A DNA stretch of 64,000 nucleotides from Candidatus Omnitrophota bacterium (GCA_043826565.1 JBDRPX010000030.1:21660-85659); one strand, 5' to 3'. Numbered from the stretch's first letter, positions 37,910 to 49,047 are shown. Numbers and translations: made by a program. Notes: generated by a model not told the origin, from the letters alone.

Positions 37910-38746
37910 TTATTTTCTAAATATTGCCATGTGTTGTTTTCCAACATCATCATCGACTTTTGAGCCCTCTACTTTAGTAATTCTAATTTCTTTAAATCCG
38001 CTATCCATCAAAAGTTTTTTAATTTCATCATACCCATAATAAACCATTCTGAGTCTTACTCTTGCTCTGTACCATTTTACGTAAGATTTTATATTTGGAT
38101 TTGCTTTTTCTTCACTTATTTTATCATTAATTATTAAATGAACAAGAGCCCTTCCCTGGGGCTTAAGAATCCGTGTGAATTCTTTTAAGAAGACTTTGGT
38201 TTGTTTTTTCTCTAAATGTTGAAAAACTGCAAATGAATAAATAAAATCAATACTACTATCGCTAATTTTGCCCAAACCCAAGTTTGAATTAGTCATGTAT
38301 TGTATATTATCCTCTAAATTCAACTCTCGAGCACAGGCTATTGTTCCGGCAGAAACATCTGTAGCCAAAACCTTCGAAACATATTTACTTACTTCCCTCG
38401 CAAGATACCCAGGCCCACATCCAAAATCCAAAACAACATCATTTGAATGCAAATAATCTTTAAGAATACTATTGCAAATAGCCTTTCTGGAAATAATATT
38501 CCTACTATTTTCCCTGTATAATATTTCCCTGTGCTTCAAATTAGCGGGGTAGCAGCTATCCCACTGGTAAATAAAATAATGCGGGCTCAAAGAAAGAAGG
38601 TGCAACGCCAATGTCTCACGAAAAGATCTCGGTACAATTTTAAACAACCAAGAGATCCAATGCCTATTTAAAAACTCATGCTTCTTTGACCCGGCAACTA
38701 CTAGTCGTAATATCTTATACATCATTGGTTTAGAACGTTTTTTCAT
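37910..38746 (-). CDS. Class I SAM-dependent methyltransferase
   Basis: VLDFGCGPGYLAREVSKYVSKVLATDVS...FAVFQHLEKKQTKVFLKEFTRILKPQGRALVH. The start is uncertain (candidates at 38761, 38746, 38725). Confidence 0.6.
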   Translation of the reverse strand: MKKRSKPMMYKILRLVVAGSKKHEFLNRHWISWLFKIVPRSFRETLALHLLSLSPHYFIYQWDSCYPANLKHREILYRENSRNIISRKAICNSILKDYLHSNDVVLDFGCGPGYLAREVSKYVSKVLATDVSAGTIACARELNLEDNIQYMTNSNLGLGKISDSSIDFIYSFAVFQHLEKKQTKVFLKEFTRILKPQGRALVHLIINDKISEEKANPNIKSYVKWYRARVRLRMVYYGYDEIKKLLMDSGFKEIRITKVEGSKVDDDVGKQHMAIFRK

Positions 38747-39969
38747 CCCGCGACACCACACTTTCTTAAAAAATTTTGCGCTTCTAAAAATACTTCCTCA
38801 ACTGATATTAACTCCATACATTTATGTTTTTCTTCTGGGCAATGCATAAATTGATGGCACGGGGAACAATCTACTTTATGTGTTATACATTTAAAGCTTG
38901 GATAATCATACGTCCATTGCTTGTCAAATGTCCTCCCACTTTCTAAACATATAGTAGGGGTATTATTTATAGCGCACAAGTGCATCGGGCCGGTATCTAA
39001 TGTTATGAATAAATCTAAGGTAGATACTAAGTAAGCCGCCTGGGAAAGTGTCGCTTCACCAACAAGACTTGTTACTTTTCCTCCTATGCCATCCAGGAGC
39101 ATAGGAATATCCTGTTTATGTTCCTTTCCCCCGATTAAAACTATATTAGAATCTTTATATCTATTCCCCAGCAGATTAATAAGTTTGCCGAATCTATCAT
39201 AACCCCACCTATTTACTTTCTTTTTTGCGAATGGGTTTATTCCGATTAAGGTTTTTTGTTTAAAGTTTTTTCCTACAAGCTCATCTACATATTGGGTGTC
39301 AGATTTATTCCAACACAATTCCACACTTGCATCGGCCATATCTTGAGCGCCTAACAATGCTGCTAATTTCAAATTTAATTTAAGAAAATTAATATTTCTC
39401 AATGGCCCAACATCGATTTCGTAAGTATTGAGATAATTACTTCGTTGAAATTTAAACCCTATCCTGTTTTTTATGCCTGTTGCAAAGGCCAATAAGCTAT
39501 ACTCGAATGCCACTTCAGTAATATCCATTAATACACAATCATAATGCTTCTTCTTTCCAATTTTATGCATTAACCATAGATCTTTCATCACAAGAGGCAC
39601 ACTTCCCGATATACACTTCCAGCCCTTAACAAGATATAGCTTATCAATATTGGGGTTGTCTTTATAAACTTGATAACTGACATCGTTAACAACCGCATCA
39701 ATCTTACAATTAGGATGTGCAGCCTGAATTGCTTTTAAAGTGGGGGTAAAGATTAAACTGTCTCCAAGAAATTGAAGCTGTAATATCAGTATGTTTTTTA
39801 CTCCGTTACGCAGTTCTTCTTCATTAGTTTTCTTAATATTTGGGAGAAACCCTTTTAAGAATACTAAACTGATAAACTTTCTTAATAGCCTCCAATGTAA
39901 CTTCATTAGTCTAATTCCTTTACCGTTACCATTTTGCTTAGTTTTGAAATTATCGACGAATGTATACAA
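38743..39969 (-). CDS. GT9 (heptosyltransferase-family) glycosyltransferase with a Cys/His-rich C-terminal extension
   Basis: ILILQLQFLGDSLIFTPTLKAIQAAHPNCKIDAV...LIGGKEHKQDI...LDTGPMHLCAINNTPTICL (GT9 hallmarks). C-terminus CITHKVDCSPCHQFMHCPEEKHKC. Confidence 0.6.
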   Translation of the reverse strand: MYTFVDNFKTKQNGNGKGIRLMKLHWRLLRKFISLVFLKGFLPNIKKTNEEELRNGVKNILILQLQFLGDSLIFTPTLKAIQAAHPNCKIDAVVNDVSYQVYKDNPNIDKLYLVKGWKCISGSVPLVMKDLWLMHKIGKKKHYDCVLMDITEVAFEYSLLAFATGIKNRIGFKFQRSNYLNTYEIDVGPLRNINFLKLNLKLAALLGAQDMADASVELCWNKSDTQYVDELVGKNFKQKTLIGINPFAKKKVNRWGYDRFGKLINLLGNRYKDSNIVLIGGKEHKQDIPMLLDGIGGKVTSLVGEATLSQAAYLVSTLDLFITLDTGPMHLCAINNTPTICLESGRTFDKQWTYDYPSFKCITHKVDCSPCHQFMHCPEEKHKCMELISVEEVFLEAQNFLRKCGVAG

Positions 39970-39982
39970 ATATTACTAGTCA

Positions 39983-40741
39983 TTACTGTTTACCCCTTGC
40001 TCCTCCTGCGTGCTTTGCGAGAGCCCATCCACTCGTTTCATTAACACCAAGCAGCTGAAAACCTGGATCTAGTTTGATTTGTTGTACGCTGCGAAAATGC
40101 TTAACATGATGGATATCATCCAATAAAACAATATATGGCTGATCGCCCATGGTTTCCTTCATAATCATGAACTCAAGCATCCCGATACCTCCAGCTGAAT
40201 CCAAAACAATCAAAGGATTTCTGTTCTTGAACAGCTGAAGCCACTTTTCTAACAATCCCTCGCCGTCGTAATTTAGTATTTTATTAAAGAAATAATGGGG
40301 ATAGTTTTTTATGCTTATTTTTCTAATCGCTCCTCGGCACTCCTGGGTATAAAACCCAACCGGGTTAGTAACAACGTCGATGAAGATATCCTCATAATCT
40401 CTATGGTTAATTAGAGCCTCGTCGTTTGAGATAAAATCAAGAGCTTGTTTTTGCCTAACACTCTGCCCCCAAAGACACTTTACAAAAGGAAAATGTAATA
40501 GATTCTTTTTTGCTTCACGCCAGCTCTGCCAGTTTGTTTCAATAGTTACAAATATTTCCGGAGGAGAAGATTTTGGAAATGACTCAGCAATAAATGTTGT
40601 AGATCCCAGCCCCTGATATGTGCCTGTTTCAACAACACATTTGATCTTTTCCTCTACCACTACATCCTGAAGCAATTGAGAAAGTTCACTGCTTGCATGC
40701 ATCGACATTGATGCATCGGGATGTTTTGTATATAATTTCAT
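39983..40741 (-). CDS. Class I SAM-dependent methyltransferase (CmcI/Methyltransf_24-like)
   Basis: VVETGTYQGLGSTTFIAE (SAM-binding glycine-rich loop) and ...IVLLDDIHH. Confidence 0.4.
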   Translation of the reverse strand: MKLYTKHPDASMSMHASSELSQLLQDVVVEEKIKCVVETGTYQGLGSTTFIAESFPKSSPPEIFVTIETNWQSWREAKKNLLHFPFVKCLWGQSVRQKQALDFISNDEALINHRDYEDIFIDVVTNPVGFYTQECRGAIRKISIKNYPHYFFNKILNYDGEGLLEKWLQLFKNRNPLIVLDSAGGIGMLEFMIMKETMGDQPYIVLLDDIHHVKHFRSVQQIKLDPGFQLLGVNETSGWALAKHAGGARGKQ

Positions 40742-40753
40742 TTTTTATTCCTC

Positions 40754-42220
40754 TTATTTATTCTGCACAGCTCTCTTTACCATAGATATTATTGATTTAT
40801 CTAAATAACAGCCAAAAAGTCTATTTAAACAAATATAAGATGTTGCCCCGAAAATTGTTTTTATAATCAAGTTGCTCAAATTTGCAAAAAAGTAATTTTG
40901 AACTGGGAGAAATATTCCTATAAAAAGAATCCCGCCAACCATAACTAACGACATCGCTAAAGGTTTGAGTATTACGATTACCAAACTCTTATATTTTAGC
41001 CCGATTATTCGACACATAATATACGGATTCCAGAACATCATACCAATCTGTATAATGACTAGCCCCACAGCCATTCCTATCGCTCCCCAACATGCCCCAA
41101 TTATAACTGCAACAATCCTCACAATTGAATTAAATAAACCAAGTTTAAAATGAATCTCTGTTCTAGCTGTGGCCAAAAATACAGATCCAACTAATCCTCC
41201 TAAAACCATACACCCCCCCGAAACTGATAGTATACGGATAAAGATCACGCTTTGAACCCATTTGGGGCCTAAAAAAAGAAGAACAACTTCATGAGCAATA
41301 CAAAAAAGTCCAAAAGAAAGAGGAAGAACTATATAAGAAATATGTTTATAAACCTCTACGATAATATTTTTCATCCGTTGATTGTTTTCATGAATAGTTG
41401 AAAATGCTGGGAAAAGTACCTTTCCTAAAGGGATGCCCATAAAAGTAAATATTTTTTTACTGACATTATCAGCCATTGAATAGTATCCCAGCATATTTAC
41501 ACCAATACTTCTGCCGATAATTATCTTATCTAATTGCATGCTTAAATAATTGCAAATCCTGAACAAAAAGAGATAAATTCCATAATTAAAAAAGTGTTTT
41601 ATGGACTCTTTACTATATCCAAAACAATAATGCCACCGTGAATAATAACTTAAAACTCCGACCCTTACAACATGCTCAGCGAGAAAAGCACACACAAGTG
41701 CCCACACTCCAAATCCCATTAATGCCATAACCAGCGCAACAACTCCATATACAAAAACCCCGCTTACCTTTGCCTTTGTCAGGCTGCGAAATTGCATGTG
41801 TCTTTGAAGAAGCGCATTGTGTATCCCTATAAAAGGGCTTAAAAGAAAAGATATTGCAATTACTTTTAGCAACAAACTCAATTGTGGTTCATGTAAAAAT
41901 AAAGCTAGTGGCTTCGCTAAAAAAAACATCCCCACAAAAAGTATTGTTCCGACCACACAACTAAATAAAAACGCCGTTTTTTTATCTACCTCCTGCAAAT
42001 TTTTCTTTTGTATAATTGCCGAACCAAACCCATAATCAGAAAATAGATCCAAAAACCCCACGCATACACAGGCTAAGGCAAATATCCCAAACTCCTTGGG
42101 AGACAATATTCGCGCCAAAAAAGGTGTAATAAAAAGCATTATCATTTGAGGAAGAAGCCTCTCTAAAAAAGCCCACCAAGCCCCTTTGACAACTTTAGAT
42201 TTAAGATGTGGTTCTGTCAT
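40754..42220 (-). CDS. wzx: Wzx-type oligosaccharide flippase (MOP/polysaccharide biosynthesis protein family)
   Basis: 488 aa, about 12 predicted TM helices. N-terminus KGAWWAFLERLLPQMIMLFITPFLARILSPKEFGIFALA is typical of Wzx/RfbX. Confidence 0.65.
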   Translation of the reverse strand: MTEPHLKSKVVKGAWWAFLERLLPQMIMLFITPFLARILSPKEFGIFALACVCVGFLDLFSDYGFGSAIIQKKNLQEVDKKTAFLFSCVVGTILFVGMFFLAKPLALFLHEPQLSLLLKVIAISFLLSPFIGIHNALLQRHMQFRSLTKAKVSGVFVYGVVALVMALMGFGVWALVCAFLAEHVVRVGVLSYYSRWHYCFGYSKESIKHFFNYGIYLFLFRICNYLSMQLDKIIIGRSIGVNMLGYYSMADNVSKKIFTFMGIPLGKVLFPAFSTIHENNQRMKNIIVEVYKHISYIVLPLSFGLFCIAHEVVLLFLGPKWVQSVIFIRILSVSGGCMVLGGLVGSVFLATARTEIHFKLGLFNSIVRIVAVIIGACWGAIGMAVGLVIIQIGMMFWNPYIMCRIIGLKYKSLVIVILKPLAMSLVMVGGILFIGIFLPVQNYFFANLSNLIIKTIFGATSYICLNRLFGCYLDKSIISMVKRAVQNK

Positions 42221-42263
42221 AATCTCCTATTCTATTTTCCTTAAAAAACAAAGTTTTATTTTC

Positions 42264-43937
42264 TTATTCCCATTCTTTTTTTACCTCTACATAAATACAA
42301 TAAATGAACCCCATAAACAACCAAAAGAAAATTCCTATATCTGGAATATAATGCACGATTCTTAACTGTATTAAATTTTCCGAATAGGCAAAAGGAACCA
42401 TTGTTCCCCCTGTATTAGCAGCAGCTAAAAAACAGGATATACTCCATAACACAGAAATTAAGACGATTTTTAAAACTTTATCGTTGGCCTTTTTTATTAC
42501 CTTCGCACCTATTTTATATGTGTACCCTATCAATAGAAACAATGCTCCTGAAGCGACAATCCCAACGGAAGAAAGATAGTGAAGGATAAAATTGTGAGGA
42601 GAGACTAACGGCCAAACATTAAACATATAGAATGTTCGTGGCGAATAAAAATCCAGAAACTTCACGTAGTTGCCAAACCCAACGCCAAATAACGGATAAT
42701 CCTTTATAATCCCTAAGGCTGCTTTATAAGCACACATGCGTATACTATCAGTCTGAAGCGCGTTCCAGGTTAGCGGAATAGCTGCAATATGCCGTTCAGA
42801 CTGTGCGCCATAGTATAATAGCAAACTTAAGCCGACACTAATCCCTCCTAGGAATATGGCCTTTTTAAATTTTATCGGTAGTAAGAATACAAAAGGAAGA
42901 GTAGCAACCAAGGCAATTATCGGCTCACGTTTATCTCCAAAAACAATACCAGTGATTGGGGCTAATAAAAGTAATAAAACGAATAATTTCGTCCATTTGT
43001 ATCTCGAAAGCAAAAATAATCCAAAGAGCAGAGGGAGAAGCATTGTCGAAAGCGTTGTAATCACCTCTATTTGACTCACTGCGGTTGTAAGGGAGTCAAT
43101 AAGAATTTTATGTCGCACAGCCATATAAAGTGTGATTAAAATACGAATTGTCATTGCAATTGTGATACTGTAAAATAACAGTATAATAAATCGCTTTTCC
43201 CGACAAGCATCTTTAACAAAAAGAAAAAACAGGGGAAATACTATTACTTCTATAATAAATCCGATAAAACTTACGCTGATATCCCAAGCATACAATGTAG
43301 AAAAAAGACAAGCCACGGCAAATATCAGGTAATATTTGTTCCCCGTATCGTTAATAAGACTTATATTTTCCCGGTTAGTAATTTTTACGATTACATAAAA
43401 GAAAGCAAAAATTCCAATAGCAATATTAGACGGAGTAATAATAAACGGGGTCATCAAAAACCCTGCAAAAGACATATACATTGACTGTAATTCGAGAAAT
43501 CGTATAAACGGCAAGCTCATAAGTAAAGCGATCAAAGCATATACTTTTTTATTAATCAAAAGCAGCAAGCTAAAAGCAACAATTCCTAAAAAGGAAAAAC
43601 AGCCAAAAACTCCAGGCACCAGCCCTGGCGGCAATAAACTTGACACAATCAGCCAAGCCGTAACCGTAACTAGTAATATCGAAACATATTGCCAATTACA
43701 TAATTGTTTAAAATCAGTAAACACATCCGCAGCGAATAATCTCGCCGAATATTTATACAATATATATATACCGGTAATAGCTGCTACCGGGACGACTCTC
43801 ATTAGAAACGCCCCCATCCCCTCATAATAAACCAAAGCCGGAATAATTGCCGCTGAAAAACAGGCTAAGCTTATTACAAAAAGACCGGTAATAATATTTT
43901 CCCAATCAATATTAATTTTTAATTTTAGTTTCTTCAT
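42264..43937 (-). CDS. Polytopic membrane protein; Wzy-type polysaccharide polymerase candidate
   Basis: 557 aa, highly hydrophobic with more than 12 TM segments. It sits between Wzx and an O-antigen-ligase-like gene. No soluble domains. Confidence 0.4.
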   Translation of the reverse strand: MKKLKLKINIDWENIITGLFVISLACFSAAIIPALVYYEGMGAFLMRVVPVAAITGIYILYKYSARLFAADVFTDFKQLCNWQYVSILLVTVTAWLIVSSLLPPGLVPGVFGCFSFLGIVAFSLLLLINKKVYALIALLMSLPFIRFLELQSMYMSFAGFLMTPFIITPSNIAIGIFAFFYVIVKITNRENISLINDTGNKYYLIFAVACLFSTLYAWDISVSFIGFIIEVIVFPLFFLFVKDACREKRFIILLFYSITIAMTIRILITLYMAVRHKILIDSLTTAVSQIEVITTLSTMLLPLLFGLFLLSRYKWTKLFVLLLLLAPITGIVFGDKREPIIALVATLPFVFLLPIKFKKAIFLGGISVGLSLLLYYGAQSERHIAAIPLTWNALQTDSIRMCAYKAALGIIKDYPLFGVGFGNYVKFLDFYSPRTFYMFNVWPLVSPHNFILHYLSSVGIVASGALFLLIGYTYKIGAKVIKKANDKVLKIVLISVLWSISCFLAAANTGGTMVPFAYSENLIQLRIVHYIPDIGIFFWLFMGFIYCIYVEVKKEWE

Positions 43938-43941
43938 TTTT

Positions 43942-46215
43942 TCAAATATCTCTAGTCTCAGCGAAAAGTTTGCACTTTCTGATAAACTCTTTAGCCTTTA
44001 ATTCATCACTTTCGCAAAGCCTTCGCGCGATAGCCCGTTCCAGCTCTTTTACAGACTGCTGATACAGACCTTCATAATAAAGATGCATCCCATAATAAAA
44101 ATGATAAAACCCATTCTTTTGTTCAGTATTGAAAACTATTTTGTAATGGCTTTGCGTAAAATCCCAATCATAAGACTCATCATAGAAACTATCATGCGCA
44201 ATCCAAAAATGAAGTTCGCAATTATGGGAATAAGTTTTTAAAAACTTCTCGGCAAACCCTATCGCATAACCCAAGCCTTCCTTATCTTCTAAAAACCTAA
44301 AGAAGGCAACATCACTTTCTTCTTTTCCCGGAAGGATGTCGGCCAATTCCGCATATTTTTTTTGATAAGAAAAATAGCTTTCCACGCCTTCTTTAGTAAA
44401 CTGCGGGTCTATTTCTATTGCTTTTCTGTACTGAAATACCGCCTGAGATATGTTCTCTTTCGTCGGATTATTAAATAACCAACGCGCGTAAGCCCGCCGG
44501 CGATACGCATTATTCGGTTCAAGTTTTATTGCTTTCTGGAAATGATATTGGGCAAAATTATTATCCCGGATAGAAAAAACAGTGTTCTGCACATTCAAAT
44601 TAGCGCGCTGAGCATAGCTCCAGGCCAGAGCCTGATGATACTTCCCGTTTAACGGATTTAATAATACCGCTTTCCTAAAATACTCTATCCGAAAATCAAG
44701 GGAGTCTGCACCCGCGGATATTTGGCCCATACGATAATAATACAACGCATTATCCGGATCGAGCTTAACCGCATTTTTAAGCAGTTTTAGTCTCCCCTTT
44801 ACAGCTTGCTCCGGCTGTCGTTCCGATAAAGTAAAACAATAATGTGCAAGTGCCGGGGTAATGCTAAAAAATACAAATACCACCAATAAGATACAACCCG
44901 CCGGATACGCCACAATCCGCATTGACTTTGAAACATACACCATCTGCCCACTCGCATTTTTTGTCTTCCCCCGAGAGTGCAAAGCAGCAATAAACAAGGC
45001 GAGAATTATACTCAGCATAACCGCGTTTGCCGGAATATGAAGACTAAAATCAGTAAAAGAATGGACAAAAATACTTATTAATGCCCCCCAGAACCCTACA
45101 GACAACCCGACTATCCAGGGATTATGACGATTAACAAAATGCTTCCACAAATAGAGCAAAACCCAAAAACCGAAAGTTACAAACAAAGTAAAACCAAAAA
45201 TCCCTGTTTCGCTAAGAAGTTCCAGAATATCGCTGTGCGCGTAAGTATAGTGCCCGGACATTATTTCCACGGCTTGATATCGGGGAAATATATAATTAAA
45301 TGTTCCAAGACCAGAACCCCATAAAGGGTAGTCCCGGACAATCTCCAGCGCCCCCTGCCAAACCGGCAAGCGGCCGCCAAAATACATAGAACTTACTTCA
45401 ACTTCTTTACTAAATATTTTTTCGACAATCGGAGAAGCACCTAAAGTCATTACTGCTATCGCTACAAAAAAAACAGCCGCTCCAATCACCCATTTTCTAC
45501 CCTGCATAGATTTTCTTTTCCAGGATATAATACTCACCCCGGAAAGCGCCGCGATAAAACTAAATATCCCTCCCCGGGACATAGTAAAAAATAAAACCGC
45601 AGATATAATAACAATACAGGAGAAAAGTAGTATTTTATATTCCCGGCGCACTATATTTTTGTTAGCGGATTCTTCTTTATAAATACTATTGGGAACAAAA
45701 ATAGGCCCAAAAAGCAAAGGAATTCCCATTCCAAGAAATGCCGCAAGATGGTCGGGATTAATTATTCCTCTGGGAACATTTCCGCCAAAATACCGCAATA
45801 AATAAAAAAAACTTAAACTAAAACAAACTATTGTAATAACATTAAGAATAGTTTGGACCTGTCGCTGTTTTTTTATTGTATTAACCGTAACAAAAAAAAT
45901 AAAAAAATACGCGATAATTTTTAAAAATTCTCTCTGGGTGGCCCATACATAAACAGACCCTGGCAAGCTAAAAGCCGAAAGCACAAACATCTGAACCAAA
46001 AGATACCCCGAAAACAAAACAATAAAGATGTTTAATGGACACCTAATAAACTCAAATTGTCCTTTTTTAACCATTTTAAACATCCAGGTAAAGGCCATAA
46101 ACGCCGCAGTGATTTCAACCACAGCAATACCCCACGGCTCAACCCCGCCATACGCAAACGGCGTGAATGTCAGCAAAAAAATTACGCAGATTTCAACAAC
46201 CCGATCGTAGATCAT
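43942..46215 (-). CDS. O-antigen ligase (Wzy_C)-domain membrane protein fused to C-terminal TPR repeats
   Basis: N-terminal multi-TM region with an FTMSRGGIFSFIAALSGV loop typical of the O-antigen ligase/polymerase family. The C-terminal ~300 aa contain TPR-like repeats (ALYYYRMGQI, YHQALAWSYAQ, AYRRRAYARWLF). Confidence 0.55.
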   Translation of the reverse strand: MIYDRVVEICVIFLLTFTPFAYGGVEPWGIAVVEITAAFMAFTWMFKMVKKGQFEFIRCPLNIFIVLFSGYLLVQMFVLSAFSLPGSVYVWATQREFLKIIAYFFIFFVTVNTIKKQRQVQTILNVITIVCFSLSFFYLLRYFGGNVPRGIINPDHLAAFLGMGIPLLFGPIFVPNSIYKEESANKNIVRREYKILLFSCIVIISAVLFFTMSRGGIFSFIAALSGVSIISWKRKSMQGRKWVIGAAVFFVAIAVMTLGASPIVEKIFSKEVEVSSMYFGGRLPVWQGALEIVRDYPLWGSGLGTFNYIFPRYQAVEIMSGHYTYAHSDILELLSETGIFGFTLFVTFGFWVLLYLWKHFVNRHNPWIVGLSVGFWGALISIFVHSFTDFSLHIPANAVMLSIILALFIAALHSRGKTKNASGQMVYVSKSMRIVAYPAGCILLVVFVFFSITPALAHYCFTLSERQPEQAVKGRLKLLKNAVKLDPDNALYYYRMGQISAGADSLDFRIEYFRKAVLLNPLNGKYHQALAWSYAQRANLNVQNTVFSIRDNNFAQYHFQKAIKLEPNNAYRRRAYARWLFNNPTKENISQAVFQYRKAIEIDPQFTKEGVESYFSYQKKYAELADILPGKEESDVAFFRFLEDKEGLGYAIGFAEKFLKTYSHNCELHFWIAHDSFYDESYDWDFTQSHYKIVFNTEQKNGFYHFYYGMHLYYEGLYQQSVKELERAIARRLCESDELKAKEFIRKCKLFAETRDI

Positions 46216-46388
46216 AAAAAACCCATCGTTGATAAGTTCATGCCTGCTAAGTTAACTGCCCCTTGGTCAAGCAAGCCTAGCCCCTATACGCCTTCACTAG
46301 AACAAAAAAGCTCATAGCTCTATGTCCTCCATGAACTATAAGCTGATACTTGCTTCCAAATAGTACAGTTAATACAACTTTAATCAAA

Positions 46389-48287
46389 CTAAGACTCATC
46401 TATTTGTTGTTCCGAAAATAATTCCGTCTGTCCAGATTTACGAATACTACCGCCTTGTCCGTAATAATGATAGTATCTATAATAGTTATAGTAATCATCG
46501 TGGAACGCCTGAACTCCGTTAAGAATTACCCCGAGATCTCTGGCTCTAGCATTAATAAGTTTTCCCCTTGCTTTCAGAACAATTTGTACCGGGGAACGTC
46601 CGCTGCGCACAACCTGGAGCATACAATCGGCCACATCACTTAAGACTACGGCATCAGTTACACTCACTACCGGAGGAGAGTCAACCAGAACTAAATCAAA
46701 TTTATCCTTTAGGTGCCACATCAGCTCTTTCATTTTTACGCCACCTAAAATTTCCGAAGGATTATGCGGAATCTTCCCGCTAGTTATAACACTTACACCT
46801 TCCATATCTGTTTTCTTTATTATTTCTTCAATCTCAACTTTTCCCATTAAATATTCAGTCACGCCAATATCCCTCGGCAGATTAAATACTTTATCAAGCT
46901 GCGGTTTTCGCAAATCACAATCTACCAACACAACTCTATCGCCGCGCTGTGATAAAGCAATCCCCAGATTAGAAACAGTCAGTGTCTTTCCCGCTTGCGG
47001 CTCAGCACTTGTTATTAATAGCGATTTTACTCCCTCTCCCTGTGCCATTAATTGACTAATGTCAGTTCGAATAGAGCGGTAGGCTTCGGCAATCGGAGAA
47101 AACGGCGCGATTATTACAACTTTATCTTTATCTTTATCTTCTTTCTCATGACTAAACGGAACTGCCCCTAGAAAATTAGCCCTGACTATATCTTTGACGT
47201 CTTCCGGAGATTTTATAGTCGTATCCAAGTAATCAAGAAAAAATCCCAAAGCAAATCCCCCGACAATTCCCATCATTATGGCTAAAATCAAGTTCAGTTT
47301 CACATTTGGCTTAACCGGTTTCAAAGGAACCAAGGCATTATCAACTATACTGATATTATTAATATTCAGCGTACTGGAGATATCTATCTCTTTAAAGCGT
47401 GACACAAGAACCTCATACATACGCTTATTAGACTGGACATCTCTTTCCAAGACTCGATATTCCATAGTCTTACTACCGGCATCAATGTCCTCTAATCCCT
47501 GTATCTTATTTTTAAGTGAAGTTATCTGTGCTTCTAATTCGACCATCTTCGGATGCTCATTAGTATACCGCTGGGCATAATTAGCCAACATAGCCTGAGC
47601 TTTAGCGTACTCAGATTTAATCTCTTCAATCGCAAATTCTCCGGTCATCTCCGGAAGAATATTAATATCGTTTTCTTCCCGATATTTCTGCAAGGACAAT
47701 TCCACATCTCTCAGTTTTTTCCTTTGCTCTTCAATCTTCCGGGAAAGCCATAACGCGGCTTCGCTCGAGGTACTCATATTTCTTTCCAAATTCTGATTTA
47801 TATACTCAGCGGCAACTACATTGGCAAATTTGGCTGCCATTTCCGGAGACGTGCTTTCCGCGCTTAACTCGACTAACTGGCTGTTTTTCACCGGTTTTAC
47901 TTTCACTTGGCGATCTAATTTCTTTATTGCTTCGCCCTTATCATTCTGCATCCCCAGCAAAAAAGCTGTTTTCTTTAAAAGCGCAGGACTTTTGATAAGT
48001 CGATACTGTGTCTCATAATAATCTTTATAAGCATAATAATCATTTGTACCCATCGGAGTCACCTCCTGAACTGAGATTACCCGGGGACTCCGGGGTTCAA
48101 TTAAAAGAGTTGCCGTTGCTTCGTAGATGGGTGTTTGTCTTATTGTCCCGATCAGAACAGTCGTAACCAGAACAATAAAAAAAGTAATAATAACAAAGCG
48201 GCGGCGTAAAACAATCTGAACATAATCCCGCAAATGCATCTGCTGCTCAGGGATTTGAGAAGAAGCTCGGGAAGGCATCATTTTCAC
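46389..48287 (-). CDS. wzc: Polysaccharide co-polymerase / BY-kinase (Wzc/EpsB family tyrosine autokinase)
   Basis: N-terminal Wzz-like periplasmic domain with flanking TM segments, Walker A LLITSAEPQAGKTLTVSNLG, DxD VLVDCDLRKPQ, and a C-terminal Tyr cluster YYNYYRYYHYYGQ. Confidence 0.8.
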   Translation of the reverse strand: MKMMPSRASSQIPEQQMHLRDYVQIVLRRRFVIITFFIVLVTTVLIGTIRQTPIYEATATLLIEPRSPRVISVQEVTPMGTNDYYAYKDYYETQYRLIKSPALLKKTAFLLGMQNDKGEAIKKLDRQVKVKPVKNSQLVELSAESTSPEMAAKFANVVAAEYINQNLERNMSTSSEAALWLSRKIEEQRKKLRDVELSLQKYREENDINILPEMTGEFAIEEIKSEYAKAQAMLANYAQRYTNEHPKMVELEAQITSLKNKIQGLEDIDAGSKTMEYRVLERDVQSNKRMYEVLVSRFKEIDISSTLNINNISIVDNALVPLKPVKPNVKLNLILAIMMGIVGGFALGFFLDYLDTTIKSPEDVKDIVRANFLGAVPFSHEKEDKDKDKVVIIAPFSPIAEAYRSIRTDISQLMAQGEGVKSLLITSAEPQAGKTLTVSNLGIALSQRGDRVVLVDCDLRKPQLDKVFNLPRDIGVTEYLMGKVEIEEIIKKTDMEGVSVITSGKIPHNPSEILGGVKMKELMWHLKDKFDLVLVDSPPVVSVTDAVVLSDVADCMLQVVRSGRSPVQIVLKARGKLINARARDLGVILNGVQAFHDDYYNYYRYYHYYGQGGSIRKSGQTELFSEQQIDES

Positions 48288-48394
48288 TCTCTTTCCTTTT
48301 ATGGGTTTTTGGTAGCAATTATTAGTTTCTTATTTTTTAGAAAAAAAATTAATAGAACAGATACCTCTATTAATATAAATCAATATCTGTCCTA

Positions 48395-49000
48395 TTAAAA
48401 AAGACTCTCCGGCACAAATACCACATCGCCGCGCTCTAAGACAACATCCTCTCTGCCCTTTTTAACTATATCCGCAACTCGCACTATTATTGTTTTTGAT
48501 TCTCCGGCTTCTGTCCTCATAATCTTTACAGCATTTTGGGCCGCTATTTTTGAAAACCCCCCGGCCAAGCTTATTGCCTCTAAAACAGTTAGATTGCTTT
48601 TTAACTCATACTCTCCCGGGCGCATAACTTGCCCGGAAACAGTAATTGTGCTGTATTTCTCGATAAATATATTTACATGAGGATTTTTGAGGTATTTTTT
48701 AAGCATCATTTCCATGGATGTCTTAAGTTCCGCAACTGTTTTCCCACTTGCCTCTACCTGCCCGATCAAGGGAAAAGAAAAATATCCATCATGAGAAATC
48801 CCTACTCTTCTGTTTAATTCATCTTCACGATAGACGCTTATACTTAAAACATCATCCGGGCCAATTAAATAATCCTGGGCAAAAACAGCCTGCCCCAAAA
48901 TGCTTACCTGCATCAGCAATGCCATACATAGAGGAAAGATAAAAAAACTTTTTTTCAACGCTCCGCTCCCTTTTTTAAGTTCGTTCTTATCTGAAAGCAC
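48395..49000 (-). CDS. wza: Wza-type polysaccharide export protein (Poly_export + SLBB domains)
   Basis: Signal peptide, then DYLIGPDDVLSISVYREDELNRRVGISHDGYFSFPLIGQVEASGKTVAELK (Poly_export motif). GTG start at 49000 inferred from the ORF track. Confidence 0.7.
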   Translation of the reverse strand: MLSDKNELKKGSGALKKSFFIFPLCMALLMQVSILGQAVFAQDYLIGPDDVLSISVYREDELNRRVGISHDGYFSFPLIGQVEASGKTVAELKTSMEMMLKKYLKNPHVNIFIEKYSTITVSGQVMRPGEYELKSNLTVLEAISLAGGFSKIAAQNAVKIMRTEAGESKTIIVRVADIVKKGREDVVLERGDVVFVPESLF

Positions 49001-49047
49001 CTGAAAGAACCTGATTTCACAGATTAGTATAAGATTATACTGATTTG
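49001..49047 (-). promoter_or_regulatory. Copy D of the tripartite motif (minus orientation), 10-47 nt upstream of wza; contains a perfect TATAAT
   Basis: Minus-strand read: cagTATAATCttatacTAATCtgtgaAATCAGGTTCTTTCAggtg. The 15-mer AATCAGGTTCTTTCA is identical to copy A. The preceding plus-strand sequence is three 10-bp units CTGAAAGCAC/CTGAAAGAAC/CTGATTTCAC. Confidence 0.4.
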